A stretch of DNA of 63,731 bases, counting the filler, from Choristocarpus tenellus KU-1152 (Eukaryota; Protista; Phaeophyceae), in NCBI GenBank assembly GCA_964200185.2. It is 10 parts of 10 records of this genome, joined end to end, with 100 filler letters (N's around TTAATTAATTAA, not from the genome) between each part and the next. Parts side by side here need not be neighbours in the genome. Positions count along the whole stretch, not along the records: positions 1 to 11,503 come from CAXNAD020002283.1; positions 11,604 to 18,450 come from CAXNAD020007224.1; 8 more parts are not named here. One strand, written 5' to 3'. The position numbers were made by a program, and so were the translations under genes. Position 1 is the first letter of the stretch, and each line of letters opens with the position of its first letter. This document shows, one piece after another, positions 1 through 11,754 of this stretch. The notes under the pieces were generated by a model that ran no database searches, had not been told where the DNA came from, and saw only the letters and a list, made by a program, of their open reading frames with translations.

Positions 1-520
1 ACCCCGGCATGGACCTCTCTGCTAAACAAGATCATGAGGAGGAGCTAGATCCCATGCCGGGGTCCAGTGGTGTTGATGTCTTTCATACTTCTAAAGTACC
101 CATCCCAGCCATAACAATGCTTTTAGCGTACATTTGTTGATCCAAGGTGATTCCATCTTCACCCACAGTGATGCCCACCCCAATCTCTTTTGCATAATAT
201 GAGACCACAGGCAAGAAAGAGTCTACTCCCCCTCATACAGTCCCATTTCAGAAGGATCCCCATCCCCATCCCCATCCCCATCTCTCTCTGGAGCAAAGGT
301 TGCAGCAGCTGGTAAAAATTATTAAAAACGGAAAAATTCCAAGCAGAATCTACCACCAGACATGTCATCCTCCAGCATGCGGCAGTTGTGCAGATGTCAC
401 TGCTGTCCCAAACGTTCCACTAATGCGACACATCTAGGTGTACCCTGTTTGTTCCTAATGCCCACCATCGCCATGAGGAACAGGACAAACACTGCCTACT
501 TTAAAACACCATACCAGCCA
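1..520 (-). mobile_element. Degenerate Ty1/Copia pol remnant (end of RT; possible integrase piece)
   Basis: Minus strand 52-160 reads DGITLDQQMYAKSIVMAGMGTLEV*KTSTPLDPGM, matching the Copia RT C-terminal 'GI.L.Q..Y...I...M...K..TP' region. A weaker TP....ER integrase-like motif lies near 410-445. Stops are present and the boundaries are approximate. Confidence 0.5.
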
Positions 521-1057
521 ACTGCCCTCCAATTCTACGCCTTGAACCCAGCTCATTCTATACGTTACGTAAGATTTCTGTATATTCCTGACGTAGAGTA
601 GGGGATGAGGTAGCCTAAGTGTCCTGCATGAGGTGCTGAGCTTGTCTAGTGCATTGTTTATCCATCTTTCTGTTTTTCCCATATCCACACTTCAACAGTT
701 TTTATCACTCTATAATGCCTCAAGCTTACATCATGGACAAGGCATTGCATTTCCCTCTTAGCACACAAAAGCAATAATCCTATTGTAAACACCATTACTC
801 ATCATCTCATGATGTCATCAGAATCTACACTTGTCTGATTTGTTTTTATGGGAACACAAAGCTGTATGTTGTGTTTAATTGTTAAAAGCTCCAACTATCA
901 GTAGGTGTGGTATAATATTGGTTGTTTTCGAATATGTTGCTTATGTAGGGTAGATGAGCTTCATAATCTGCCACAGTTGTCATTTTCGAGGGTGGTTACA
1001 ATAAGAGGTAATTGACATTCTATAAGTTAGACGTAACACAATGAATCTTTGATTTAC

Positions 1058-3153
1058 CGCATGTGTAAGATGCGGAGACCTCTATCTTTTGCTACTTTAG
1101 AAAGAGAATAGTGAGAATACAAGCATGTAGCGAACACACTCTTCTCCCTCTTGTAACCCTGAAAATCTCCCAATACAGTAATGACAGTAATTACTCCAGA
1201 GTATGAGCACAATTACCTGAATCATTCCTTGTTCTTTTGACTGAAAAAGGCAGTCAGAAGATAGCAACTGCCGTGTCTTTTATCTGCACTTTAGTCTGAA
1301 GGCTATCCCAACCCGTGATCAGAGGCACTACACGCAGCGCTGCTTCTTGTACTAACTGACACTACTGTTGTTACACTTGAGAAAAGACAAAATTAAAAAA
1401 AAAAATACATTAAAGAGAGACTGAATCTGAGTATCTGCCAACAACACAAAGATAGGTTAAGGTAGATGTAACGCTCTCACACCCAATACTTGGGACAGGC
1501 TGTCTTGTCTGTCTGTCAGCAGCATCATCAGACATCGACATGTTTTATGATATGAAAAAAAAATGTCATAAGAAAACACCACCTTCATCTGGAGAAATGG
1601 GACAGTACAAAGGATATTCTTGTCCATAATATGTTATTCAGAGTGTTGTAAATTCCAGTTATCTGAAACTCAAATATAATCAACATTGGAAGTCTAGGGA
1701 GGGGTTGGATTTCAGTTGCTTATTTTCTCAAGGGGAATGCATGCAACGCATTCATTTCATTGAAAAAAAGAATATAATAATTCATATTTGGAGCCTTTCA
1801 ATCTACAGCACTACTAAATGTGACAATAAGTACGAGAACAATGGTTGCTTTTATTTTTCAGTCCCAGTTCCTGCATGTCACCAAGTAAAGTCAAAACAGA
1901 ACACTTTTGTAGCATAGCCACTGGAGGCAAGCTGAAGACTGAAATACATTTATCACAGACACAAGTACAAACAACTGCTCGAGGTGTCCTACAAAAAGAA
2001 AACCCTAACCCAATCCAACACAACTTCTACTCTTGTGTGAAAGACAATACCTGAACAAGCATTAGGAATTGGGAGATTAAGTGACCATGACTATGGCGCC
2101 TCAGTAGGACGATTCTAAATACAGTTTTAAAAATAATAAAATCAAGACATTGAGGACCGCAACAGTCTTGGAACAAAGTCATATCGATCGGACATGACCC
2201 AGGCTCCACATGAACACTGTGGTCAATGAGTATAAATATAATACCAACAATTTTCAGGAATAAACCAATCTGTGGAGAGCAGTTCGCTAACAATATTGAC
2301 CTGAGCGGGTCATAGGTATGAGGCTACACAGATCAGAAAATACTGCACCACACAAAGCTCACAGCGTAACCTCCGTAGCGCCAAGTTGGTAGATACAGGT
2401 CACTACAGAGTGACTCAAGGCAACCCGGAGAAAAACATTGAACTTCCTCTTCTTGACAGCAACAGCATTCACGCACAAGTAAAGTGGCATCTTTGGTTTC
2501 ATACTTCCAAAACTGGCCTCATATACTTTGAAGTAGGAGACTTGTGGTTAAGTTTCCCATACCAAAACCTCACAAAAATGACCTTCCAACATCATAGGAG
2601 CAGATTTTTGGTAGGCTGATTTTTGCACAATACATTATTTTTAAAAGGTGGCAACTACAAATTGACAAGTTTAATCCAAGTCTAGGCTCAAAAATAATAT
2701 TTGAATAGTTGTTGACCAGACAAAACATAGCAATGATTGACTACTAGTGCCAGAAAAGACTTGAAAAATGCAGATTTTTGAGTTGGATCAGTCATCTTGC
2801 TTAACTGAGCTCTCTAACAACAATTTGGTCACCATTGTTGTGTGTGTTGCACACAAGGAATACCTTTGTATGTGGAGGGCAGTGTACTGACAAACTGTAT
2901 TCCATGTACCACACCAATTTGCTACAAGATGAACATGACCATGACACCTTTTCAACAAACTTCTACCCAGTGGAATATAGTGGTTGGAAGCAGCAATACT
3001 GTGAAATGAAAAAAAAAGAGATTCTGCAAGTTGTGAATCACCATTGGGAAATTGTAATGCAATGTACACTTGAACAGTCAACGAGTAGAGACAAACAAAG
3101 CAGCTAGCTCTCCTGGAAGGACAAACCCATACAGGAATCACATATTCGGCATG
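1058..3153 (-). CDS. Candidate micro-exon gene, tentatively glycosyltransferase-92-like
   Basis: Phase-compatible AG/GT-bounded segments 2402-2363, 2323-2301, 2099-2051, 1931-1905, 1588-1583, 1512-1483, 1375-1366, 1240-1217, 1158-1138 and 1094-1058 join into a stop-free peptide. Several donors are weak, and the upstream part (2403-3153) is ambiguous. Confidence 0.25.
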
Positions 3154-3934
3154 CTTCACACAGAAGGTCATAAAACAACTTAAGAAACAAAAGCTTTAGC
3201 GAAAGACAAACCAACAGAGCACCCACAATCACTCTCTTGGGTCTACATGAGACCTCCTGTGGCCATGATGGGAGCACTCAAGGCTGCTCCATAACCACAG
3301 ATATAATCATACATAGACACAGAAAAAAATAGTGGAAAAAAAAACATTTACTAACAGTAAACATATACAGGCACAACAGTCCCCCTTGAGATACTCATGC
3401 GGGTATTGCATCAGAGAAGGCTATGGCAATGGTGAGTGGACAAGAACCAACTCCTCTCCAAGGTAAAAACAAAATGTACAGCACACCTAACAAACCCATC
3501 GCCAATTCCCCGCACAGAAACCTTGGCTACCTTTGACTGCCCCAAATATATAACCACAGGCTACTACATAGCCAGCAGCCCAGGTCACATCAGCTTCTTC
3601 CCCTACCATATCGTGCCCTATCACCACACCCTCCTATATGCCATGTGGCTCCAATCGTGGGCGCCAAGGGAATGTATGGAGAAGTCTCTGTGCCCCTCAT
3701 TGAGGTGGGTCCAACCTATCTGTAAGTGCTTTTGCACCCTCTAAAGAGATTTATATACCAACCAGTGTAGCCTCCTTCCCCAGAGATCAAGCGGCATTCC
3801 AGTGCCGGCAGGTAAACTAACACCAAACACAAAAAGAGGAGGGGGGGGTAAATACACATCACACCATGCTTAGCCTCTGGTGAAGATGTGGATGACACCG
3901 TTGCACTTACCCGCCCTCAACGCTCTCCCTCATA

Positions 3935-6571
3935 TTAGCTGATAATATCACCCTCTCGTCCCAATGCCTCCAGCATTTCTGCATGTGCCAGTAATTTCTT
4001 GTACCTGTCCAATCTCTTATCTCGCAACCGCTTAACACAGCACAGTCCCTGATACAATCAAAAGGGTTGGGAGAAGTCACACACACGTTATGCCTCTGTA
4101 TACCGCTTTCATATCAAACCCACAAGACCCTCTCCATGATTACACATAAAAGGATACTACTCCACATAAACAACTCTTTGACATTACACCATCAGCAAAC
4201 ACACTCTCTCAAAAAACAAGGGACATATTCAGTAAAGCCACAGGATTGGCAGTATTCAGTCTTGCTAAAAAGGAATATCATCGGCACTTGCCTCATACCT
4301 GTATGTGCGCGTCTATGGTGACTATGGTATTCGGAAACATTTCATGTCTCGCTAGTGTAGCAGTTCTTGTGCCAACACCCTCCTCACCATCAAAAAATAA
4401 AGTACCCCAATGGCGACCATTATCCACCCAATGACGGTGACGTACATGGAGGCAGACCCCTCATCCAACCCTTTCTCATTCTCCTCCTCTAATGTCAGCA
4501 GACCAACACTGGTTCAGGTATCAAGAGGTAGGTTCGTTTAGGTTGTTAAGTTGCGGGGCAATGTCAGCAGTAGTGATTATCCTCTTTCCATCAAAAAGGA
4601 TGAATATGTGTGCCCTCTTTACATTGAGAGGTAAAACATCCTGCTTACATTCCACAGGTGAACTTTCAAGAGGGGTGTTCGTGACGTTGTTTCAAGGGGA
4701 AGGATAAGATATTCCACATCTAGTACTTTAGCCAAGCACCTGTGTGTGCGTAGCCTAGTAATGACTTTATTAAGGAAAAAGGTTTGGGAACACAAAGTTG
4801 AGCATGGAGCTAAGAGGTTCAACTTTTTGCCAACCTTCAGTTGAGATCTGGGGGTAGAGGAACATGTAATGATAGAAAATTGGGACAATCTGCAGCATTG
4901 ACAGGGATATATATCCCCAAAATCCCAGTGAGTCATGCAAACAGAGTACATTATAGAAGAGAAAATTTAGAACATACATGTACGTACACATAAGTATCAC
5001 ATGCAGGTACCAAAACCAGCAAGCTTGGTTGTAAGGTACACAAAGCATATTTTTTAATCCTCTCAGGTATTAACCCTCAAATTTTGTCACTAATATGTAC
5101 AAGACCATCTCTTATACTACAGGGTGAAACCGCTAAAAACATGGAGTGAGTTTTTCCCCCACTTCCAGTGCACACAAGTAGCAACATTCCTTTCAACCAC
5201 GAGGTTCACAACCCCTTCATACGCTTTGCAATATCATCCCACTCAAGACTCGTGTAACCTACTTTGCACATCTCCAAGGTATTATACAGGATCACCAGGC
5301 TTTCTTTGAGAAATGGAAAAGTTTCTATATCATGATAGGAAATATTATTGCACAAGAATAACTCGCCGTGCATCACAGAGGAGGCTAAAGACCCCAAAAA
5401 CATGGGATAATCAACATTCAGTTAGTTGAGTTGTCACAACCAAGCACTCACAATGAATAGATTGTTCCTCTGGGCATCCATGAGTGCAGTATAGAAAGCT
5501 CCCGAACTGTCTGTGTCCACTCCAGTTCCGCAAAGATTATTGCAAAACAGAACAAGACATTGTAGCAACGGATGGCAATAGCCACAGCTGGTGCAACAAA
5601 GAGCAAGGGCAGGTAGAAGATGCATAGCCGAACCTTCAGTCAAGTTAACTTAATACTTCATGTCACTGCAATCCAACAAAACCAAAAAGACAGGGGCTAA
5701 GCATGGTAAATCACATTAAAGTTGAGAAATGTTCTAGTTTAAACCAAAAGTTGCCACAGCTTGTTTGCAAGTCCTCTCAAGGTCACTAGTCCCGATATGA
5801 CTCTTAATAAGTGCCTCATGGACAACAGGAACCATTTTCATGCCATGAGGTGCCCATAAATACTCCAGATCTCTACCCAATCAAATATGGACCATGCATA
5901 CCATGGAGGCAACATGTCGAATTGAGTAAATAACGACAAAAAGCACTCACGAGATAGTGTAGTGTTGTTGACAAGCACGAGAACCTGTGCCGCTCCCACT
6001 CCCATTGCCACGAGCACAGTAACTGCATTCACAACAACAAATGTATTGAGAAGGCATCCTCGTCGGACTTGCAGTGGTCCAGCATACTGCAAATATCGGC
6101 AGAAGATGGGATTGACTATGGGGTTAGACTAGGCAGCATTAGCTCTTCCAAGTGTTTTGTTCTGCCACCCCTGTATATAAGAACAAATGGACCACATGTA
6201 CATCGTAATAGAGAAATAAGGACTAAGGACCATCTGCAGCCGTATGACACAGGACGATCGACTGGGGAGATAGGTAGGGAGGTAGGCGGGCAGGCAACCT
6301 GTACCATTGGTAACAGCTTCCAAAGCAAGCACTAAGGCTTGAAGGTCGAAAAATCTGCAAATGAAAGGAAACCAATGACACATCTCACCCGTCCTCCCTC
6401 CTCGTCCGAGTATTCTGAGTCGTACTCCCCTTCGCTATCCTCCAATTCATCATAGCCATTTATAGCCCCATGTCCCCCCCCAGCTGAGCTTCCACCGTTT
6501 CCTTGTAGTGCAGTAGTTTCAGAAGAAGGGTCCCTAGCCCATTTGGGTATGTTGGGATCTTCCTCGACCAT
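3935..6571 (-). CDS. COPI-associated / Golgi membrane protein TVP15-like, complete, 5 exons, 229 aa
   Basis: Exons 6571-6389, 6086-5951, 5587-5452, 4508-4388 and 4048-3935, all GT-AG with matching phases. The product includes IRCYNVLFCFAIIFAELEW...HSWMPRGTIYSFVGLLT...IGWIMVAIGVLYFLMGLCCVKRLRDKR, typical of the COPI_assoc four-TM family. Confidence 0.85.
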
Positions 6572-7029
6572 AATCTCTCCTTTTGACCTTAGCGCAACGC
6601 CTCTACCTGTGATGTCAACCAGATTTGGGGAAGTATGGAGGTGGCGTTGGAGTTGAACATTTGATTTGGACACGTATCAAATTTCACCAGTTGTTATTCC
6701 CACCGTAGTTCCAAACCAGGTTTTGGGCTTCCCTTCGTTCCCTTTTGGGCTCACCGTGAGGTGTAGACTACCTTTCTCTCTTTCAGTAGTAGTTTGGTTA
6801 TTATATCAGATATAATTGTTGAGATAAGATTGAGGAAGAACAACACAACAGAAAAAAAAAGTGAATCTCACATTCGCGCGGAAAGCGCGCAACAAATGTT
6901 GATATCCTGAGGGTTTTGTACGAAAATGTTGATAATAATCGAGAAAAAAAATAGAAATGGGTAGATCGCAAATGTCAGTGGTTACAAGTTTGTTGCTGTT
7001 CGCTGTCTATGACATGGCAGCATGAAATC

Positions 7030-8370
7030 TATGTTTGGAAAGAGCAGGTCCACAAGAGGAAGTACTGGACAGATTATGGCAACTAGAGGGGCATCTTATT
7101 GATGGCACGCGCTGCCAAAGTACTTCTCAAGGTTGTCACACAACGACTGGGAGATTAGATGGAACAGGAGAATGTACTTTCCACGAGGAACACTATGATT
7201 TCTTGCACTCACACTCCACAGTGGACATGATTTACATATACCCTACTCGCCCTCCAAGAGCTTGGCAAGAGAAAACATTTAGCTCTTATCCATGTGTTTT
7301 ATTGGCCTTAAGAGAGCACATGGCTCTGTCAACCGCGATCTCCTGTATGCTGCCTTTCCCAAATTTGGAGTGGCTGCAAAATTTATTGCCCACCAATTCC
7401 ATGATTGAACGCCAGCATGAGTTAGCGTGGATGATGGAGAGTGTACAGACGAGTTTGTGGTTGGGCAGGGCTTCGTCAAGGGTGTGGCCCCATCGTCTTT
7501 CACACCTTCTTCACTATAGTGCTAATTGTTGCGGTTAAGAAGTTCCTCTGAGTCGCCTCCAAGGATCTTGTCACAATGAGGAGAGTGACCGCAAACAACC
7601 AAGTTAGGGGAGGAAGAGTAACAACAGAAAGTACAATATAACACTTGAGCGGATCCCATGGGCTATGTGTTATGATGACGATAACCCCATTGTGTCCCAA
7701 GACCCAATGTTTGGTTAGGATATTATTAGTGATCATGCTGGTAGCCAGGTCATTTGGGCACTGATGGTGTCAGAGCTGAAGGTGGAGACAATTTGTCTTC
7801 AGCCTCCCAACAAGGCCGCAGTTATCATGCAGACGTTGGGTCAGAACCACGAGTACACTGACAAGTTTGTTTGCTCTGCAGGCACCATCAGTGATGAACC
7901 TGCTATCACTGCCGAGATGAGTCAAAAAAGTTCAAAAAACCTTCCTTACTTTCGCAAATGTATTCCGGAGTGTTTTTTGACAGTACCTGAGGTATAATAA
8001 TTGAGCTTAAGATTCAAATGCTCAAAGTTGGATTGCTTGAGGTTCTGTTATATGGTTGTATGGCATGGACACTTCGTCAGGTCCAGGCGACTGCGTGAAA
8101 ACAGTCTTATTGACAGGTTCAGTTGGACGCATTAGCGATGAGAGATTTTCCAAGTTGTTGATGTTGGGAGCCTGCAGATAGGAGAACCAAGCATGGTGGA
8201 CAGGAGAAGAACTGGTGGATGTGCCTGAAAGATGTCTTCGAGAGATTTGGATCACAGCTGAGGGATTTGAGCACAAGGGAAACCAACCAACATAGAGGGT
8301 ACGAGTGTGTAGTCGGCAGCACAACTAGCTTCATGGCAGAGTGGTATCCCAAGGAAGCGATAGTAGGTGA
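7030..8370 (+). mobile_element. Degenerate RTE-clade LINE reverse transcriptase
   Basis: Decayed RT motifs occur in order: N*RGILLMARAAKVLLKVVTQRL, EEHYDFLHSHSTVDMIY, HQFHD...DDGECTDEFVVGQG/LRQGC, WAMCYDDD (YADD equivalent) and VSELKVETICL. Many stops and frameshifts. Confidence 0.85.
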
Positions 8371-8599
8371 TACACCTCAAATTAAAACATAGGGCAGCCA
8401 AAGCAACCATCACCTCCACCACCACCAACCACCACCACTGTCTGCCGACCGTTGCTTTCTCATATTTTCCTTTTTAGGTGTATTTTCTTGTCCGTTTTTT
8501 GGTATTGAGGATACGCATTTGTGTCTGGATTCTCTCTTCAATCCCCTCGCACGTGCACAGGGAGGGTTCTTTCTCCTCTTTTTATTTTTTAAGATCCTG

Positions 8600-8960
8600 C
8601 TAGATGACTCTGTCACAGGCATTCCGCCAGGTCCACTATATCAAGCTTTACTCTCTCAACCACAACTTCTAGCTACACTGTATCGGATTTCTCAAACAAG
8701 AATACGCTGCTCAAACAGTGTTCCACAAGGATTGATACCCTTGTGAAGACTGGCGTGACGGTATCAGGGCAGTTGTGCAAATATGGATACTCCTGTTTCG
8801 CAGGGTGGATTTCGCACGCATGTGGAATGAGCACAATTCTCAAAGGTGTTGGTGTTTGGGGAACTTGCACATGGACAATAGAGGCAGTATGTCGTGCATG
8901 CCACACACACTATCCTAATCCGACAGTCAATGTTGAAGGTGTGTTGTTCTGTTGAGGAGG
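8600..8960 (+). mobile_element. Second RTE LINE fragment (post-RT C-terminal region)
   Basis: Frameshifted remnants of the RTE C-terminal 'LL.CIG...L.KTG...LLFAG..ARM.NE..PK.L.FG' region. Confidence 0.5.
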
Positions 8961-10601
8961 CAATGTGATCTAGGGCAATGACCTGACCAACATCACAAAG
9001 TATATACATATCTAAGTGGGCGTTTGAGCTTTTACATTCTATTTTTGCACCAGATCGATCATGGGTCTGTCCATACATCATTCATTTACTAATATTTGTA
9101 CAGTGAGGAAATCATGCTGGGGGATGAATTCACTGTATTTCATAGTACTATGACGAACTATTTGGCTCTATCAAGTGCTTGACCTGCCCACTTGGTAACT
9201 CAAAAGGCATTCAAAATAGATTTTTATGGTAAGACAGGGCATACTGTATTGAAGAAGAGGAAGTGGAAAGGTACATACTCCCATCATGTTACTGAAAATA
9301 GCAAGATGCCACACGCATAGCCTGTAATCCCTAATTTGGTTCTTCCTTGATCCAAAGTTAGACCATGCCGCAGCTGGGGCATTAATCAGCTTAGCAGTCA
9401 AACACCCCTCCTCAATGTCACTATTGATTGATATTTCATCCAGCCTAGCAAGCAGACCAAATGAGAACAGAATAAAAATTCTGCATTGAAAAGGCCCTGC
9501 CCTTGAATAGATTAAATGGAAGAATCATCCAGGAGGGTTAGGGTTAGCGAGTTCTGTCATAATTTCAAAGGGTTGACATATTCCCCCTTGAACTTCCCAA
9601 CAAGGACCAGTCCTCCTGCCTGGTAGTGCACATGGCACTAAGTTCCTCAGAAGATGTTATCTACACCATCTGCACCAGCCCAGTCATGTCTATGTTGTCA
9701 AGAACGATCATGCCACTGCTTTTTCCACTTGCTGATGGATCCTCACAAGGGGCTGGGTCTAAGAATTCAATTCTGCACAAAGAATCTCCTGTGTATGGAG
9801 CAATTCAAATCCCAGGTCATAACATGCTTCTCTAGAGTCACACTGCTTCCAGTGAGCTTCTATGGCCTCCCTGTGCTGATCAGAGAGAGAAGTGAGTGTC
9901 ATGTGGAACAGGGATACTACAATGAAAAGCTTAGGAGGCTTTTCAATGGATCTAAGCAAGGATTGTTATAACAAGCCAAGGAGATCAATGACCAAGGAAG
10001 TTCCTTTGACTTGAGAGAGTGACATCCCAGCATTGGTTGAGATGAGGCTACTATCCCTTACATGTCAGGAAGGTTTGAAGTGAACACTTATTGTTGATAC
10101 CTACATCCACCAAAAGCTTAATCAGTCATAATTCGCTCAACTAAGTCTCTACCCACACATATATTAACATACCGTTCTACAAGGTGGAATGGCACATGGA
10201 TGCAACACTACAACGGCCTTAAACAATCAAGACAACACAACAAGAGCAACCAAAAAATACAGATCAAGTCACTCAATATTGAGAGCATATCACTAAGAAA
10301 TATCTACTGCGATAGTGGAATAGGTCCTCTTAACACATGTGGATGCAGAGACAGGCATGATATTATAGCAGTACTTTCTGAGCCTTTGCGTCAATTATTC
10401 CGACTTCAATCAGCACCTGCTACATTCCTGCAAAAAATATATATATCCAACACAGCAGGCAAACAGAGGCTGAGCAAGCATAACTAGAAACAAAGACTAA
10501 GATCATCACACAAACAAGGAAGTTTGGCCAAAGCAATGCGCAGGTTGCACTGTCTCCTACCATACAGGGTGAAACACCATCACTATCCACTGAAGCAACC
10601 C

Positions 10602-11089
10602 CTAGACCTCATCTGAGAGTGGATGCTTAATGCGTGCCTTATCAACAAGTTCGTGTGTCTTGAAAATGCTCCGAATAAACGGCCTAACATCCCCTGTAGA
10701 ACAAGACAGTAGAACAAGATAAGGGGACAAATTTGCTGTGTTAAAGAGAGCATGCCCGGGTGTTTGTTTCAGCACTGTGGACACCAGTGCATGTCTCCAG
10801 CAGCTCTTGCTTCAGAGCAGAATGCAAAAAACAAGAATTTGGAGGTAGCTAACATGTCATGGTTCTGTGAGTCACCAAATATGTAGCCTACTACCTTGCT
10901 TTCAAATGATGTTCCATATGGATAGATACTGCAAAGCTAATTGTGATGTGGCAGGCACTAAGCAGAAGAGGACATACCTCCCATTCTCTCGCTTTGTGTT
11001 ATCAATTGCCGAAGGAGGGGCAACAGATGTAGAAGCTCCTCATCACCCTTATCATCAAACCAGCTCTCGATTGGAATACCATTGTCGAT
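10602..11089 (-). CDS. CTD small phosphatase-like (CTDSPL2/SCP, NIF/FCP1 family), last two exons; 5' part lost at the spacer
   Basis: Exons 11089-10978 and 10693-10602 (phase 1) give [29 protein letters not shown]...[20 protein letters not shown]...*, the conserved NIF-domain C-terminus ([15 protein letters not shown]). Confidence 0.85.
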
Positions 11090-11471
11090 CTGACATATGT
11101 GACATGGAACAGCAGGTTCACTATTTACTACTTGGAAGTACTGCTAAACAGAGGCTGGAAATAATTAGTGTCTCTCTCTCTCTCTCTCTCTCTGTATGTA
11201 CGTATTCAAAATCTGTTGTGCTGACATTCTGACTACAAAGACCTTCCATCAACCTGGCATGATATGGCAATGCAGTCATGTGCTAACAGGGCAAGAAACA
11301 GATTTGAACCAGATTTGAAACAAGACGATCAGGTGACTTTGAACAGGCACCACTGCATGAGCCCTCAAACCATAACCCATAAAAGGTTTACAGGAATCTA
11401 AGGGAAAACCTCTGCACTATAGCAACGCCTGCAGTTGCCATGCAGGACAGAGATATTTCCTGCATCATACG

Positions 11472-11503
<32 letters not shown>

Positions 11504-11603
11504 NNNNNNNNNNNNNNNNNNNNNNNNNNNNNNNNNNNNNNNNNNNNTTAATTAATTAANNNNNNNNNNNNNNNNNNNNNNNNNNNNNNNNNNNNNNNNN
11601 NNN
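11504..11603. other. Artificial contig spacer N44-TTAATTAATTAA-N44 (also at 18451-18550, 27307-27406, 32061-32160, 39337-39436, 43671-43770, 47303-47402, 56663-56762, 59735-59834)
   Basis: Nine identical 100-nt blocks. The palindromic core puts a stop in all six frames. Several are flanked by poly-C/G runs where assemblies tend to break. Confidence 0.98.
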
Positions 11604-11670
11604 CTTTTCCTGGTTTTGGTCTAAATGGACACCCTGGTGTAGCCCCCCCCCCCCCTCAGATACTTTGGGT
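11604..11670. mobile_element. MITE family B, partial (cut by spacer)
   Basis: Reverse-complement match to 48673-48745; ends CCCCTCAGATACTTTGG. Confidence 0.65.
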
Positions 11671-11754
11671 GACAGGTGTGAAATAAGAAATTCATAAGCA
11701 AATTGCAATGAACATATCCTTGTTGAGTGAACTCTCCCTAAATTCTTCACACAC

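Noticed and set aside
10602-10693. Terminal exon of the NDK gene across the spacer
   Set aside because: It splices in phase to 11089-10978 to give a NIF-phosphatase C-terminus, so it belongs to a different gene. The neighbouring blocks are therefore not demonstrably contiguous.
11548-11559. Recurrent palindrome TTAATTAATTAA as a biological motif
   Set aside because: It is always centred in N44/N44 padding, so it is an artificial six-frame-stop linker. ORFs running into X residues are artefacts.
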